In this document: piece after piece, positions 8,695 through 18,337 of the stretch | Layout of the letters: each line of letters begins with the position of its first letter | Position numbering within the stretch: the stretch's first letter is position 1 | NCBI GenBank assembly: GCA_031270465.1 | Contig: JAISXP010000088.1 | Location: 667 to 64,666 of the forward strand | Source: Tannerella sp. | Lineage (GTDB): Bacteria; Bacteroidota; Bacteroidia; Bacteroidales; Tannerellaceae | Direction: 5' to 3' | DNA length: 64,000 bases | Made by a program: the position numbers and the translations under genes | The notes under the pieces: generated by a model | What the model was told of the DNA's origin: nothing | Database searches by the model: none | What the model saw: only the letters and a program-made list of their open reading frames with translations

Positions 8695-10350
8695 TTACAT
8701 TGGTATGTCAACAGAACATATTTCGGAAAGTTTTTCTCTTGTCAAATTGACCTCTGTTGACAAGCGATTTGCCTGCCTTTCAATAGTTTTCTCAAATAGA
8801 TTCCTGACAAAACGCGCATTGCCGAAATGCTTGTCTTTATTGGCGGCTGTTTTCTCCAGATATTCCTTCAGCGGCGCTATTGCATCTTTGGCAATAGTGT
8901 AATCGAATTGCCTTAGAATCAATTCAAAGATTTGATACAATTCTTCGGCGGAATAATCGGGAAATTCAATATAGCGATTAAAGCGCGATTGCAGTCCGGG
9001 ATTCGAATCAATAAAATTCTGCATCTCTCTCGAATATCCGGCAAGAATTACAACCAGTCTGTTACGGTTGTCTTCCATGCGTTTAAGCAGGGTTGCGACG
9101 GCTTCTTTTCCATAGTCATTTTCACTGTTGGAAATCAGCGAATATGCCTCATCAATAAACAAAATGCCATCCAGGGCGGTATCTATTATTCTGTTCGTTT
9201 TTATTGCCGTTTGCCCAACATATTCGGCAACCAAACCGGAACGGTCTGTTTCAACCAAATGACCTTTGGCAAGTATGCCAAAACTTTTGTAAATATTAGC
9301 TACGATACGCGCAACCGTTGTTTTACCCGTTCCCGGATTACCTGTGAAAACGCAATGATATGATACGGAAGATGTCTTTAATCCTTTTGCTTCTCTTGCC
9401 TGCTGAATCTTGATGAAATTAGCTAATGTTTCAATTTCTTCTTTTACGGATTTCAATCCGATTAGAGAATTGAGTGTTACCGTTTTTGGTGTTTCCTGCA
9501 TACTGTATTGCTTGCTCTGCGTTGAAAGATTTGCAGATTGTTGTTCTTCTTCGTTTGAGATTACAACATTACCTTCAACTGAAGGCTTTTGCGATAAATG
9601 TAATATTTTGCTCAACCATTCTGCCTCCCTTTCATGCACCATGCCATCCGCTTTGGCGGTTAAAGAGGCATAACGATACAGCATCACAAGATATTTTTGC
9701 CTTTGGTCAGCGTCATAATCTGCTAATATTTTGGGAAGTAAAAAAACACCCTCTACTGTTGGATTTTCTTTAATGGCGGTTTCAATTTGCTTTCCAAAAT
9801 CGGTTATTGATTGATATATATCGTCGGTCAATGTGGACAAATGGGCGTATTCAAACTTGCTCCGTAGCCCCAAAGTACGGGCATAGAAATAGAATAGTCC
9901 GAAGCCTTCCCTGCTTTTCAAATCCAGTTCATGCCCCAAATCAATGAAGCACCTTGTCATATCAATCCAAAACAGCGCTTTTATTTGATCTTTTATTCCT
10001 TTTTTTTCGCCATCAAGAATAAATCCTATATTCGTCCCTTCTTCAAATATTTTAAGAAATACAGGATTGCTTGACAAATCCTCATATAACGAAATTATTT
10101 TTTCAACTTCCTGAGTAACACTTGTAAAATAAGTCCTGGATATTTCACGGCCTGTAACATTCGCTACTCCGCTCACCCGATTATTGCGCGTTGGTTCTTT
10201 CTTTTGTCGTGCGGCAATAGATATTGTAATGATAAAAACAAAAAAGCCTATCCCCCAGGCTGTATCATAAATAAATATAATCACGCCTATAAAAATCACT
10301 ACTATCCAGAGGACAATCAATCCCAAGCAACTGTCGTCACTGTTAGACAT
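8695..10350 (-). CDS. Membrane-anchored AAA+ ATPase of the CbbX/SpoVK type
   Basis: Two N-terminal hydrophobic segments. Walker A is FTGNPGTGKTTVAR and Walker B is GILFIDEAYSL, followed by NPGLQSRF. The pre-ATPase linker LIGLKSVKEEIETLANFIKIQQAREAKGL is typical of this family. The gene is much more AT-rich than its flanks. Confidence 0.85.
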   Translation of the reverse strand: MSNSDDSCLGLIVLWIVVIFIGVIIFIYDTAWGIGFFVFIITISIAARQKKEPTRNNRVSGVANVTGREISRTYFTSVTQEVEKIISLYEDLSSNPVFLKIFEEGTNIGFILDGEKKGIKDQIKALFWIDMTRCFIDLGHELDLKSREGFGLFYFYARTLGLRSKFEYAHLSTLTDDIYQSITDFGKQIETAIKENPTVEGVFLLPKILADYDADQRQKYLVMLYRYASLTAKADGMVHEREAEWLSKILHLSQKPSVEGNVVISNEEEQQSANLSTQSKQYSMQETPKTVTLNSLIGLKSVKEEIETLANFIKIQQAREAKGLKTSSVSYHCVFTGNPGTGKTTVARIVANIYKSFGILAKGHLVETDRSGLVAEYVGQTAIKTNRIIDTALDGILFIDEAYSLISNSENDYGKEAVATLLKRMEDNRNRLVVILAGYSREMQNFIDSNPGLQSRFNRYIEFPDYSAEELYQIFELILRQFDYTIAKDAIAPLKEYLEKTAANKDKHFGNARFVRNLFEKTIERQANRLSTEVNLTREKLSEICSVDIPM

Positions 10351-10487
10351 ACCGTTATTACTGTTTTTTTACTGTCGTCATTACTTATTTCCAAGGCATA
10401 TCCCAAGTCGTATTTTTTCAGCAAATACTCGTAAAACGGGTGGTCTATCGCATCCATACAAGGCAGAAATTCTTAAGAATAAATCCA

Positions 10488-11273
10488 TTAAACTGCCGAA
10501 TCCGATTCTCCCATAGGCGGAATGGATGGTTCTTCGTCCGTTTTTTTGCCGTTTTTGCGACGGGTGGCGCGGGCTTTGAGGTTGCGGTTGTAGTACCGGT
10601 TCAACTGTTCCAGTTCATTTATCAGCGGGGCATAATCCAGTTCTTCATATAGATACGCGCTGTATTGCAGTGCGTCGAAGAACTGCGACAGCGCCTTCGA
10701 ACAGTCTTTGCGCAGAGCGGTGATGTCGATACGTTGCGCTTCGCTTAACCCGGCGATGTATTCGCGGAAAAGCGTTTCATATTCATGATTGGCGGCAAAC
10801 AGGCGCGAGACGACCGGCGTCAATCCGAAGGCGGCGAAAGCGACCTGCACGGCCTGGTTTCCATTCACTTCGGTTTCGAGCATTTGCAGTCGTTCCGTTT
10901 CCGCCGCGCGCGAGACCGAGGCTATTGTCCGGCTCTGATACTTGGACAGCAATGCGTCAAGCACTTCATAATGCGGATGTGTTTCCGGTAAATCTGCTGT
11001 CTCAAATCCCTTTACGACTTTGTTCAGGACACTGATTAGCCGGTCGCGTTCATATTCCACCTTGCCGGCAGCTGCCAGTTTACTGTTTTTACGCAGATAA
11101 ACCGTCATCTGTTCTATCGACGGGCGAAACGTGAGCAGTTCGCCGTAGCTTTTATCCAGATGGAGTTGTTTCATGTCATGTTTTTCGCAGATGTTGAGCG
11201 TTTGCTCGTAGATTACGGGAAATTCGTCGTTTCTCAATGCGGTGTAGCGTACACGTTCAATTTTAATTTTCAT
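10488..11273 (-). CDS. Hypothetical protein, DUF6261-like
   Basis: 261 aa and predicted all-helical. The N-terminal ...ALRNDEFPVIYEQTL... and the overall pattern resemble my recollection of the Bacteroidetes DUF6261 family. Not verified by HMM. Confidence 0.55.
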   Translation of the reverse strand: MKIKIERVRYTALRNDEFPVIYEQTLNICEKHDMKQLHLDKSYGELLTFRPSIEQMTVYLRKNSKLAAAGKVEYERDRLISVLNKVVKGFETADLPETHPHYEVLDALLSKYQSRTIASVSRAAETERLQMLETEVNGNQAVQVAFAAFGLTPVVSRLFAANHEYETLFREYIAGLSEAQRIDITALRKDCSKALSQFFDALQYSAYLYEELDYAPLINELEQLNRYYNRNLKARATRRKNGKKTDEEPSIPPMGESDSAV

Positions 11274-11365
11274 ACCGATTTGTTTTTAGAGTTAATAGCT
11301 TGCTTTATTTTATTTGGATTGTCTGTTTCGGTTTAGCGGACAGCCGGTTTCGGAATCGCAGGTTG

Positions 11366-11587
11366 TTTTCTGCAATGCAGAAACGGTGCAAAAGTAAAAA
11401 ACATGTTTTCTGCAATACAGAAACGGGCAAAAAAGAAAAAAGCACGTTTTCTGCAATGCAGAAATGAGCAAAAGAGAAAAAGGCGCGTTTTCTGCAATGC
11501 AGAAACGGCCAAAAGGAAAAAAGGCGCGTTTTCTGCAACACAGAAACAGCTGTAAAGGGAAAAACGTGTTTTCTGCATTGCGGAAAC
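11366..11587. repeat. Tandem array of six 40-41-bp units, each with a TTTCTGCA(A/T)TGCAGAAA-type palindrome and a purine-rich spacer
   Basis: TTTTC unit starts fall at 11366, 11406, 11447, 11488, 11529 and 11569. The spacers are homologous to each other (e.g. CGG.CAAAAG.AAAAAAGGCGCG). Confidence 0.9.
11389..11396 (-). promoter_or_regulatory. Bacteroidetes-type -7 promoter box (TAnnTTTG) inside the gene-proximal repeat unit
   Basis: Minus-strand TACTTTTG, 115 nt upstream of the DUF6261-like ATG. The equivalent position in the other units is degenerate (TCTCTTTTG, TTCTTTTTTG, TTCCTTTTGG). Confidence 0.45.
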
Positions 11588-11758
11588 CAGGTGTTTTTGC
11601 GCCTTCCGTCATTAAGTTATGCATTATTTGCATCGTCATCTCTTTTTTTGTTTATTATTAAATCAAACGATGTAAAGGTACGTATATTTTTTAGTTTTCA
11701 CCAAACGGAAAGCAAAAAAACACGTATTGCAAACAAAGTTTAACGTTTCGAATATTTT

Positions 11759-13246
11759 TCAGTAAGGCACGGGCGACGGGTCGGCCTGTCCTCTGATGCG
11801 CGACGAAAATTCGCGGACGGGCTGGTCGTCGTCGAGATTCATAAATTTGGCATATTCGCTTCTGAAACGCAGGGTTACCTCTCCCGTAGCGCCGTTACGA
11901 TGCTTCGCCACAATTATTTCCGCCATTCCGATCAGCGAATTGCCTTTTTCGTCTTCGAAGATTTTGTAATACTCCGGACGATGGATAAAGCAGACCATAT
12001 CCGCATCCTGTTCGATGGCGCCCGATTCGCGCAAGTCGGCCAGTTGCGGACGTTTGCCTTCGCTCTTCTGGCCGGCCTGATTTACGCGGCTTTCGATGTT
12101 GCGGTTCAACTGCGAGAGGGCGATAATCGGGATATTCAACTCTTTAGCCAGCGATTTGAGCGATCGCGAAATGATGCTGACTTCCTGTTCGCGGCTGCCG
12201 AAATACATGCCGCTGGCGTTCATCAGTTGCAGATAGTCGATGAAGATACTCTTCACGCCATGTTCGCGCACCAGTCTGCGCGCCTTCGTACGCAGTTCGA
12301 ATATCGAGAGGCTGGGCGTATCGTCCACATAGATCCGGGCGTCGTACAGGTCTTTGAGTTTAAAATCCAGCTGTTCCCATTCATACTGGTCGAGCTGACC
12401 GTTCTTGATTTTCGTGGCGGATATTTCGGTTACGTTCACAATCAGACGGTTTACCAGTTGCACATTGCTCATTTCAAGTGAAAACATGGCTACGGGTGTC
12501 CCATGTCCCACCGCCATGTTTTTGGCCATGGACAGTACGAAAGCCGTTTTTCCCATAGCCGGTCGGGCGGCGATAATGATAAGGTCGGAGTTCTGCCATC
12601 CCGACGTGATTTTATCCAGATCCGTAAATCCGCTGCTCAGGCCGCTCAGGCCTTCCTTCCGCGCGGCGGCTTTCTGTATCAGGTTGAGGGATTGCTTGAT
12701 GATCGGATTGATCTGAATGGCTTCATTTTTGATGTTTCGCTGCGAGATTTTGAAGAGTTCTCCTTCCGCTTCCTGCATCAGCTCTTCGACGTCGATGGTT
12801 TCGTCGAACGCCTTGCCCTGTATCACACCCGTATAGCGTATCAGTTCGCGAGCGAGGAATTTTTGGGCGATGATGTTTGCATGATATTCCAGATGCGCCG
12901 TACTTGCCACTTTCCCTGTCAGTTGCGAGATATAGAACGGTCCGCCGACCGTTTCCAGCTGGCCGTTTTTACGCAGTTGTTCTACGACGGTGAGCATATC
13001 TATCGGCATCTGGCCGACAGCGAGGTCGACAATCGCCTGATATATCAGCTCGTGTATTTTCTCGTAAAACGATTCGGGCTTGAGTATTTCGCTGACGACG
13101 AAATAGGCGTCTTTTTCGAGCATGATGGCGCCCAGCACCGCTTCCTCAAGTTCTCTGGCTTGAGGTTGCAGTCTGCCGATATCCGATACTTGTACGACGA
13201 CGGGCGCTTTCCTGCCGGCCGTCCCTCTCATTTGTTTTTCTGCCAT
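11759..13246 (-). CDS. dnaB: Replicative DNA helicase
   Basis: LQPQARELEEAVLGAIMLE..., Walker A ARPAMGKTAF, and IFIDYLQLM. Confidence 0.95.
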   Translation of the reverse strand: MAEKQMRGTAGRKAPVVVQVSDIGRLQPQARELEEAVLGAIMLEKDAYFVVSEILKPESFYEKIHELIYQAIVDLAVGQMPIDMLTVVEQLRKNGQLETVGGPFYISQLTGKVASTAHLEYHANIIAQKFLARELIRYTGVIQGKAFDETIDVEELMQEAEGELFKISQRNIKNEAIQINPIIKQSLNLIQKAAARKEGLSGLSSGFTDLDKITSGWQNSDLIIIAARPAMGKTAFVLSMAKNMAVGHGTPVAMFSLEMSNVQLVNRLIVNVTEISATKIKNGQLDQYEWEQLDFKLKDLYDARIYVDDTPSLSIFELRTKARRLVREHGVKSIFIDYLQLMNASGMYFGSREQEVSIISRSLKSLAKELNIPIIALSQLNRNIESRVNQAGQKSEGKRPQLADLRESGAIEQDADMVCFIHRPEYYKIFEDEKGNSLIGMAEIIVAKHRNGATGEVTLRFRSEYAKFMNLDDDQPVREFSSRIRGQADPSPVPY

Positions 13247-13265
13247 AATTTCTTTGTTGGGGATG

Positions 13266-13273
13266 CAAAAGTA
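13266..13273 (-). promoter_or_regulatory. Bacteroidetes-type -7 promoter box (TAnnTTTG)
   Basis: Minus-strand TACTTTTG, 19 nt upstream of the dnaB ATG. Confidence 0.5.
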
Positions 13274-13337
13274 ATGGTTTCCCGAGAGCCTTCCATCATC
13301 GGAAAAGGAAAACTTATCAACGATGTATCAACCTGCA

Positions 13338-15728
13338 TCAGTTGAAAAACTCGTCTAAACCTGAAGGCCTGATATTTTCCGGCATTTCTTCGTCCGGCGA
13401 GTCGCAGATACGGATAAAGTTTTCGGGCACATCAAATGTTTCCGTTTCCAGATAGCCCAAAGTCTTGTCAGCAAATACTTTCTGCATGAACATGGCAAAA
13501 ATGGGCAAGGCCATGCTTGCACCCTGTCCTTCGGACATCCGGTCGAAGCGTATGGACGGGTCTTCGCCGCCCACCCAGCAGCCTGCAACCAGATTGGGAG
13601 TGAATCCCATGAACCATCCGTCGGCATGATCCTGCGTCGTACCGGTCTTGCCTCCCATCGGGGCTTTGATGCCGTAGCGGAAACGTACGCGGTTGCCCGT
13701 TCCACCGTCGATGACGCTGCGCAGCATGTAGAGCATCTTGTATGCCGCTTCTTCCGTCAGGACTTCGTTCATTGCGGGGGCAAACGAGGCGATCGTATTG
13801 CCGTACGGACCTTCGATGCGCGTGACGTACAGCGGTTCAATGCGAATACCCTTATTGGGGAAGGCGGTATATGCACTCACCATTTCGCTCACGGAAATGT
13901 CCGGCGTCCCGAGACACATCGCCACGACCGGGTCGACCGGGCCTTTCACTCCGTAAGAACGCAACATGCGTGTCAGCGTGTAGGGCGAAAGGTGCTTCAT
14001 CAGATAGGCTGTCACCCAGTTTGACGACTGCTGCAGTCCCCACTGGATAGTGACCTCTTCGCCGACTCTTTTTGGGTTTGAATTGTTTGGCGACCAGATG
14101 ATGCCGTTTTCGTCGACTAATTCCTGCGGAACGTGCAGCATTTTGTCGCAGGGGCTGAATCCTTCGATCATGGCCAGCGAATAGAGGAACGGTTTCATGG
14201 TCGAACCAATCTGTCGGCGGCCTGTCGTCACCATGTCGTATTTGAAATAGTTGTAGTCGATTCCTCCGACGTATGCCTTGACATGCCCCGTGCGCGGATC
14301 CATCGCCATAAAACCCGTCCGCAGAAAACTTTTGCAGTAGCGGATGGAGTCTATCGGCGTCATAACCGTATCTATCAGTCCCTTCCAGCTGAAGAGTTGC
14401 ATTTCGACAGGGATATTGAATATCCTGTTGATTTCGGCCTCGCTCTGGCCTGCATTTTTCAGCGCACGGTAACGGTCGCTCTGGCGGATTGCACGCGCCA
14501 TGATTCCTTCGATGTTTTCGTTGGATTCCGTGCCGGCAAACGGCGCCTTTGTGCGTCCCTGTTTTTCTTTGAAGAACGAGGGTTGCAGCGTCTCCTTCAT
14601 GTGTGCCGTTACGGCGTCTTCGGCATATTGCTGCATGTGAGAATCGACGGTCGTGTATATTTTCAGGCCGTCGGTATATATATTGTACGTAGCGCCATTC
14701 GATTTTCTGTTCTTGTTACACCAGCCATACAGGGGATTTGTTTCCCATGCCAGCGAATCGTCGGAGAACTTTTGCGCCTGCCATGCGGCATAATCGCTTC
14801 TGACGGGTTTTTTTGCTGTCAGCGTCAGGCGAAGATATTCGCGAAAGTAGGGAGCCAGGCCATCCTTATGGTCTATTCGCGTGAAATTGAGGTTTAAGGG
14901 AATGTTCTTAAGAGAATCGCATGTGGCGCCGGAGAGGTATCCGGCCTCTTTCATCTGCTGCAATACCATGTTGCGGCGTTCGAGGGAGCGTTTGCCGTAA
15001 CGGACGGGATTGTAGTAAGAAGGATTCTTGCACATGCCGACCAGCATGGCTGCTTCTTCGATTTTCAGGTCGGCGGGTGTTGTCCCGAAATATACGCGCG
15101 CAGCCGACTGAATGCCGACGGCATTGTAAAGGAAATCGAACTTGTTAAGGTACAGGTTGATGATTTCCTCTTTCGTGTAGTAGCGTTCCAGACGTACCGC
15201 AATGACCCATTCGATGGGCTTTTGCAGCAGGCGTTCCACCAGCGTTTCTACGTGTGGCGAATACAGTTGTTTGGCCAACTGCTGCGTAATGGTACTTCCT
15301 CCGCCGCCGCTTCGCTGCAACAGGATGCCGCGCTTTACGATCGCCCTGAACAGTCCTTTGGCGTCTATCCCGCTGTGTTTCGTGAAACGCTTGTCTTCGA
15401 CGGCGATCAGGGCTTTCACCAGGTTGGGAGACAGGTCGTGATAACTCACGTAGAGACGATTGTCCCTGATGAACGAGAACATCCCAAGCATCTTGCCGTC
15501 TGACGAGATGATTTGCGAAGCGTACTTGTCAATCGGGTTTTCGAGTTGTTCGATGGGCGGGACATAGCCTATCGCCCCCGTGGATATGGCCGTAAAGACG
15601 CCAACAATGGTTGTCAGGCAGAGCAAAAAAACACTCCAAATGGTGAAGATGATGTATTTACGCCATTTGACAGGGAAGCGATAATGCATCCGCGTCTCAA
15701 GGGATTTTAAGTATTTTGCCTTATCCAT
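13338..15728 (-). CDS. Penicillin-binding protein 1A (bifunctional transglycosylase/transpeptidase)
   Basis: Glycosyltransferase-51 motifs (AVEDKRF..H.GID, GGSTITQQLAK) and the transpeptidase motif GSTMKP. Confidence 0.9.
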   Translation of the reverse strand: MDKAKYLKSLETRMHYRFPVKWRKYIIFTIWSVFLLCLTTIVGVFTAISTGAIGYVPPIEQLENPIDKYASQIISSDGKMLGMFSFIRDNRLYVSYHDLSPNLVKALIAVEDKRFTKHSGIDAKGLFRAIVKRGILLQRSGGGGSTITQQLAKQLYSPHVETLVERLLQKPIEWVIAVRLERYYTKEEIINLYLNKFDFLYNAVGIQSAARVYFGTTPADLKIEEAAMLVGMCKNPSYYNPVRYGKRSLERRNMVLQQMKEAGYLSGATCDSLKNIPLNLNFTRIDHKDGLAPYFREYLRLTLTAKKPVRSDYAAWQAQKFSDDSLAWETNPLYGWCNKNRKSNGATYNIYTDGLKIYTTVDSHMQQYAEDAVTAHMKETLQPSFFKEKQGRTKAPFAGTESNENIEGIMARAIRQSDRYRALKNAGQSEAEINRIFNIPVEMQLFSWKGLIDTVMTPIDSIRYCKSFLRTGFMAMDPRTGHVKAYVGGIDYNYFKYDMVTTGRRQIGSTMKPFLYSLAMIEGFSPCDKMLHVPQELVDENGIIWSPNNSNPKRVGEEVTIQWGLQQSSNWVTAYLMKHLSPYTLTRMLRSYGVKGPVDPVVAMCLGTPDISVSEMVSAYTAFPNKGIRIEPLYVTRIEGPYGNTIASFAPAMNEVLTEEAAYKMLYMLRSVIDGGTGNRVRFRYGIKAPMGGKTGTTQDHADGWFMGFTPNLVAGCWVGGEDPSIRFDRMSEGQGASMALPIFAMFMQKVFADKTLGYLETETFDVPENFIRICDSPDEEMPENIRPSGLDEFFN

Positions 15729-15742
15729 AAAGAATGTTGTAT

Positions 15743-16570
15743 TTACGCTGTTCGGTAAGCTTCGTCATCATCTGTTTCGCGCGGCGCTTCCTTGACGAAA
15801 AACGCGCTCATTTCGTACAGTCCGTATAAAGGCAGGAATACGACAGACAATGTAAACGGGTCGCCGCTGGGCGTAATGAATGCCGCTGCAACCAGCAATC
15901 CCACAATTGCATATCGCCTGTATTTGCGGAAAAACGAACGGTTAATCATCCCCACTTGCGACAGCAGCCACGAGAGCAGAGGCATCTCGAACACAACTCC
16001 CATGATGAATATCATCATCAGGAAACTGTCCATATACGATTCTAATGAAACCTGCGGCGTGATGGCCTCGCTCAAGTTGTATGTAGCCAAAAAGCGCAAC
16101 GTCATCGGATACACGACGAAATAACCTACGAGACATCCCGCGAAAAACATGATGGTGCCGAAGAAAAAGACCCAGCGCACGCTTTTTTGCTCATGGTCGT
16201 ACAGAGCGGGGCGAACGAATTTCCATATCTCATACATCAAATAAGGAAACGTAAGCACTACCGCCAACCAGAACGACGACGACATGTGTGTGAAAAACTG
16301 CGTCGCCAGTTTGATTTGCACAATTGTAATTCGGAACGTATCGTCGCAGAAATCCGGAAAAAACGGCAAATTAATAGCCATCCTGCACATCCACTGATAT
16401 GTGACGAAATCGGACGAACACGGTGCCATTACTACATGGTCAAACAGATAACGCATGGAAAAGAATCCGCCGATAGTAAAAAGAAGAAGTGCAAGAATAC
16501 AGCGAAACAATGTCCAGCGCAGATCTTCCAGGTGATCCCAGAAGGACATTTCATCTTGTGACTGCGACAT
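15743..16570 (-). CDS. tatC: Twin-arginine translocase subunit TatC
   Basis: MSFWDHLEDLRWTLFRCI..., with about six TM segments. Confidence 0.9.
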   Translation of the reverse strand: MSQSQDEMSFWDHLEDLRWTLFRCILALLLFTIGGFFSMRYLFDHVVMAPCSSDFVTYQWMCRMAINLPFFPDFCDDTFRITIVQIKLATQFFTHMSSSFWLAVVLTFPYLMYEIWKFVRPALYDHEQKSVRWVFFFGTIMFFAGCLVGYFVVYPMTLRFLATYNLSEAITPQVSLESYMDSFLMMIFIMGVVFEMPLLSWLLSQVGMINRSFFRKYRRYAIVGLLVAAAFITPSGDPFTLSVVFLPLYGLYEMSAFFVKEAPRETDDDEAYRTA

Positions 16571-16582
16571 CTCGGTTACGGC

Positions 16583-16804
16583 TTACTGCTTGTCGGAATC
16601 GCCTAACTTAATATCGTCTTCGATGCCTTTTACCCCTTCCTTGAAATTCTTAACTCCTTTGCCGAGACCTTTCATCAACTCGGGAATTTTCTTTCCGCCG
16701 AAAAGTAACAGGATGATAATCGCAATGATAATAATTTCGCTCGTCCCAAGAGGTCCCAGCAGTCCAAGATGGACAATTCCGTTTAAACTCATTAACAGGT
16801 TCAT
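16583..16804 (-). CDS. tatA: Twin-arginine translocase TatA/TatE family subunit
   Basis: 73 aa containing [34 protein letters not shown]. Confidence 0.85.
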   Translation of the reverse strand: MNLLMSLNGIVHLGLLGPLGTSEIIIIAIIILLLFGGKKIPELMKGLGKGVKNFKEGVKGIEDDIKLGDSDKQ

Positions 16805-16888
16805 ATTTTTCAGATTAAAATAAACTTAATATTTGCGTGCAAAGATACGATTTAAAATGACACGGTCATGTTTTTTCTGCAAAATTAT

Positions 16889-16896
16889 TACTTTTG
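16889..16896 (+). promoter_or_regulatory. Bacteroidetes-type -7 promoter box (TAnnTTTG)
   Basis: TACTTTTG, 28 nt upstream of the fabD ATG. Confidence 0.5.
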
Positions 16897-16924
16897 CACC
16901 GAGATAAAATAAATTGAAGATTGA

Positions 16925-17806
16925 ATGAAAGCGTATGTATTCCCCGGACAAGGGGCACAATTTGCAGGAATGGGTAAGGCGTTGTACGAGCAAAACCCTT
17001 TAGCCAGAGAGTTTTTTGAGAAGGCGAACGATATTTTGAAGTTTCGTATCACGGATGTAATGTTTGCCGGAAGCGACGAGGATCTGAAACGGACGAAGGT
17101 CACGCAGCCCGCCGTATTCCTGCATTCGGTCATTCTGGCCAACACACAGGGCGACGATTTCGCGCCCGACATGGTCGCCGGCCATTCGCTGGGCGAATTT
17201 TCGGCACTGGTTGCGGCGAAGGCTCTATCATTTGAAGAGGGACTGATTCTGGTCGCCAAACGCGCCAACGCCATGCAAAAGGCATGTGAAATAACGCCGT
17301 CGACGATGGCGGCCGTGCTGTCGCTGCCCGACGAAACGGTAGAACGGATCTGTTCGGAAATAACGGACGAAATCGTGGTCTGCGCCAACTACAACTGCCC
17401 GGGGCAGGTAGTGATTTCGGGCACGGAGGCAGGCGTCGGCAAGGCTTGCGAACAGTTGCTTGCGGCAGGCGCCAAACGCGCAATGAGGCTGAACGTCGGC
17501 GGAGCCTTCCATTCGCCGCTCATGGAACCGGCGCGCGTCGAACTGGAAGAGGCCATCCGGTCGGCAATTTTCGACGAACCGGTCTGTCCCATATATCAGA
17601 ACGTCAATGCCAGAGCGGAAACGAAACCCGAAGCCATCCGCAGCAACCTGATTGCGCAACTCACGTCGCCCGTGCGCTGGACACAAAGCGTGCGGAACAT
17701 GATTGACGACGGCGCTACGCACTTTGTCGAATCAGGCCCCGGCAACGTGCTGCAGGGACTGATAAAAAAGATAGACCCGAATGTTTCGGCAGAAAGTTTT
17801 CAGTAA
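16925..17806 (+). CDS. fabD: Malonyl CoA-acyl carrier protein transacylase
   Basis: FPGQGAQFAGMGK...GHSLGEFSALV...GAFHSPLM. Confidence 0.95.
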   Translation: MKAYVFPGQGAQFAGMGKALYEQNPLAREFFEKANDILKFRITDVMFAGSDEDLKRTKVTQPAVFLHSVILANTQGDDFAPDMVAGHSLGEFSALVAAKALSFEEGLILVAKRANAMQKACEITPSTMAAVLSLPDETVERICSEITDEIVVCANYNCPGQVVISGTEAGVGKACEQLLAAGAKRAMRLNVGGAFHSPLMEPARVELEEAIRSAIFDEPVCPIYQNVNARAETKPEAIRSNLIAQLTSPVRWTQSVRNMIDDGATHFVESGPGNVLQGLIKKIDPNVSAESFQ

Positions 17807-17809
17807 GTC

Positions 17810-18337
17810 ATGAGTCTGATATACGACAACAATACGCTGGAATTTGTCAAGGTAGCGCTGGAATTCTGCACCTCGATGGAAAGGATTCACGAACACGACA
17901 TGTTTTCGTTTGTCAACAATACGACGAAAATACTGCCTCTGCTGTACGTGAAAGCGACGCTGCTTCCCGAAGTTGACGCGCCGGATGACGCCGAAACGAG
18001 GCATTTCATCACGGAAGATACCTACGAAGCGCTGCGCAGCCGCATCGCCGGTCTGCTGGGTGAACACGACAGCTATCTTGAAACGTTCGCGCCCGACATG
18101 CAGTACAGCGACACGCCGGTTGCCGCATTCGTTTCGGAAAATATTGCCGACATTTATCAGGATCTCGGAGACTTTATCGCCCTGTTCCGGCAGGGCTACG
18201 AGGAAACGATGCTGATAGCCCTGTCGCAGTGTGTTGAGAGTTTCCGTCTCTACTGGGGGCAGTCGCTGCTCAATGCACTGAAAGCGCTCCATTCCATTCG
18301 TTATAACGAAGATATATGTCCGGGGAAAGAGAAATGA
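17810..18337 (+). CDS. DUF5063-like protein
   Basis: 175 aa. Its position just upstream of a 3'-5' exonuclease gene matches my recollection of DUF5063 synteny in Bacteroidales. Not HMM-verified. Confidence 0.6.
   Translation: MSLIYDNNTLEFVKVALEFCTSMERIHEHDMFSFVNNTTKILPLLYVKATLLPEVDAPDDAETRHFITEDTYEALRSRIAGLLGEHDSYLETFAPDMQYSDTPVAAFVSENIADIYQDLGDFIALFRQGYEETMLIALSQCVESFRLYWGQSLLNALKALHSIRYNEDICPGKEK

Noticed and set aside
10317-10457. A 46-codon minus-strand ORF (MDAIDHPFYEYLLKKYDLGYALEISNDD...) that overlaps the AAA+ start in another frame.
   Set aside because: It is too short and lacks supporting signals. It may be a remnant or chance ORF at the island boundary. It is worth a TBLASTN check but is not reported as a gene.
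11366-11587. Possible CRISPR array.
   Set aside because: The conserved core is only about 17-19 bp. The spacers are about 22 bp and homologous to each other, so this is one 41-bp tandem unit. No cas genes are present in the window.
11305-11639. Three overlapping minus-strand ORFs (78, 81 and 109 aa) across the 41-bp repeat array.
   Set aside because: All three frames are open only because the repeat unit lacks stop codons. The peptides are repetitive (FCIAENxxF...) and mutually exclusive.
11274-11758. Possible replication origin next to dnaB.
   Set aside because: I found no DnaA-box-like TTATCCACA/TGTGGATAA sequences in this intergenic region. dnaB adjacency is not a known oriC marker.
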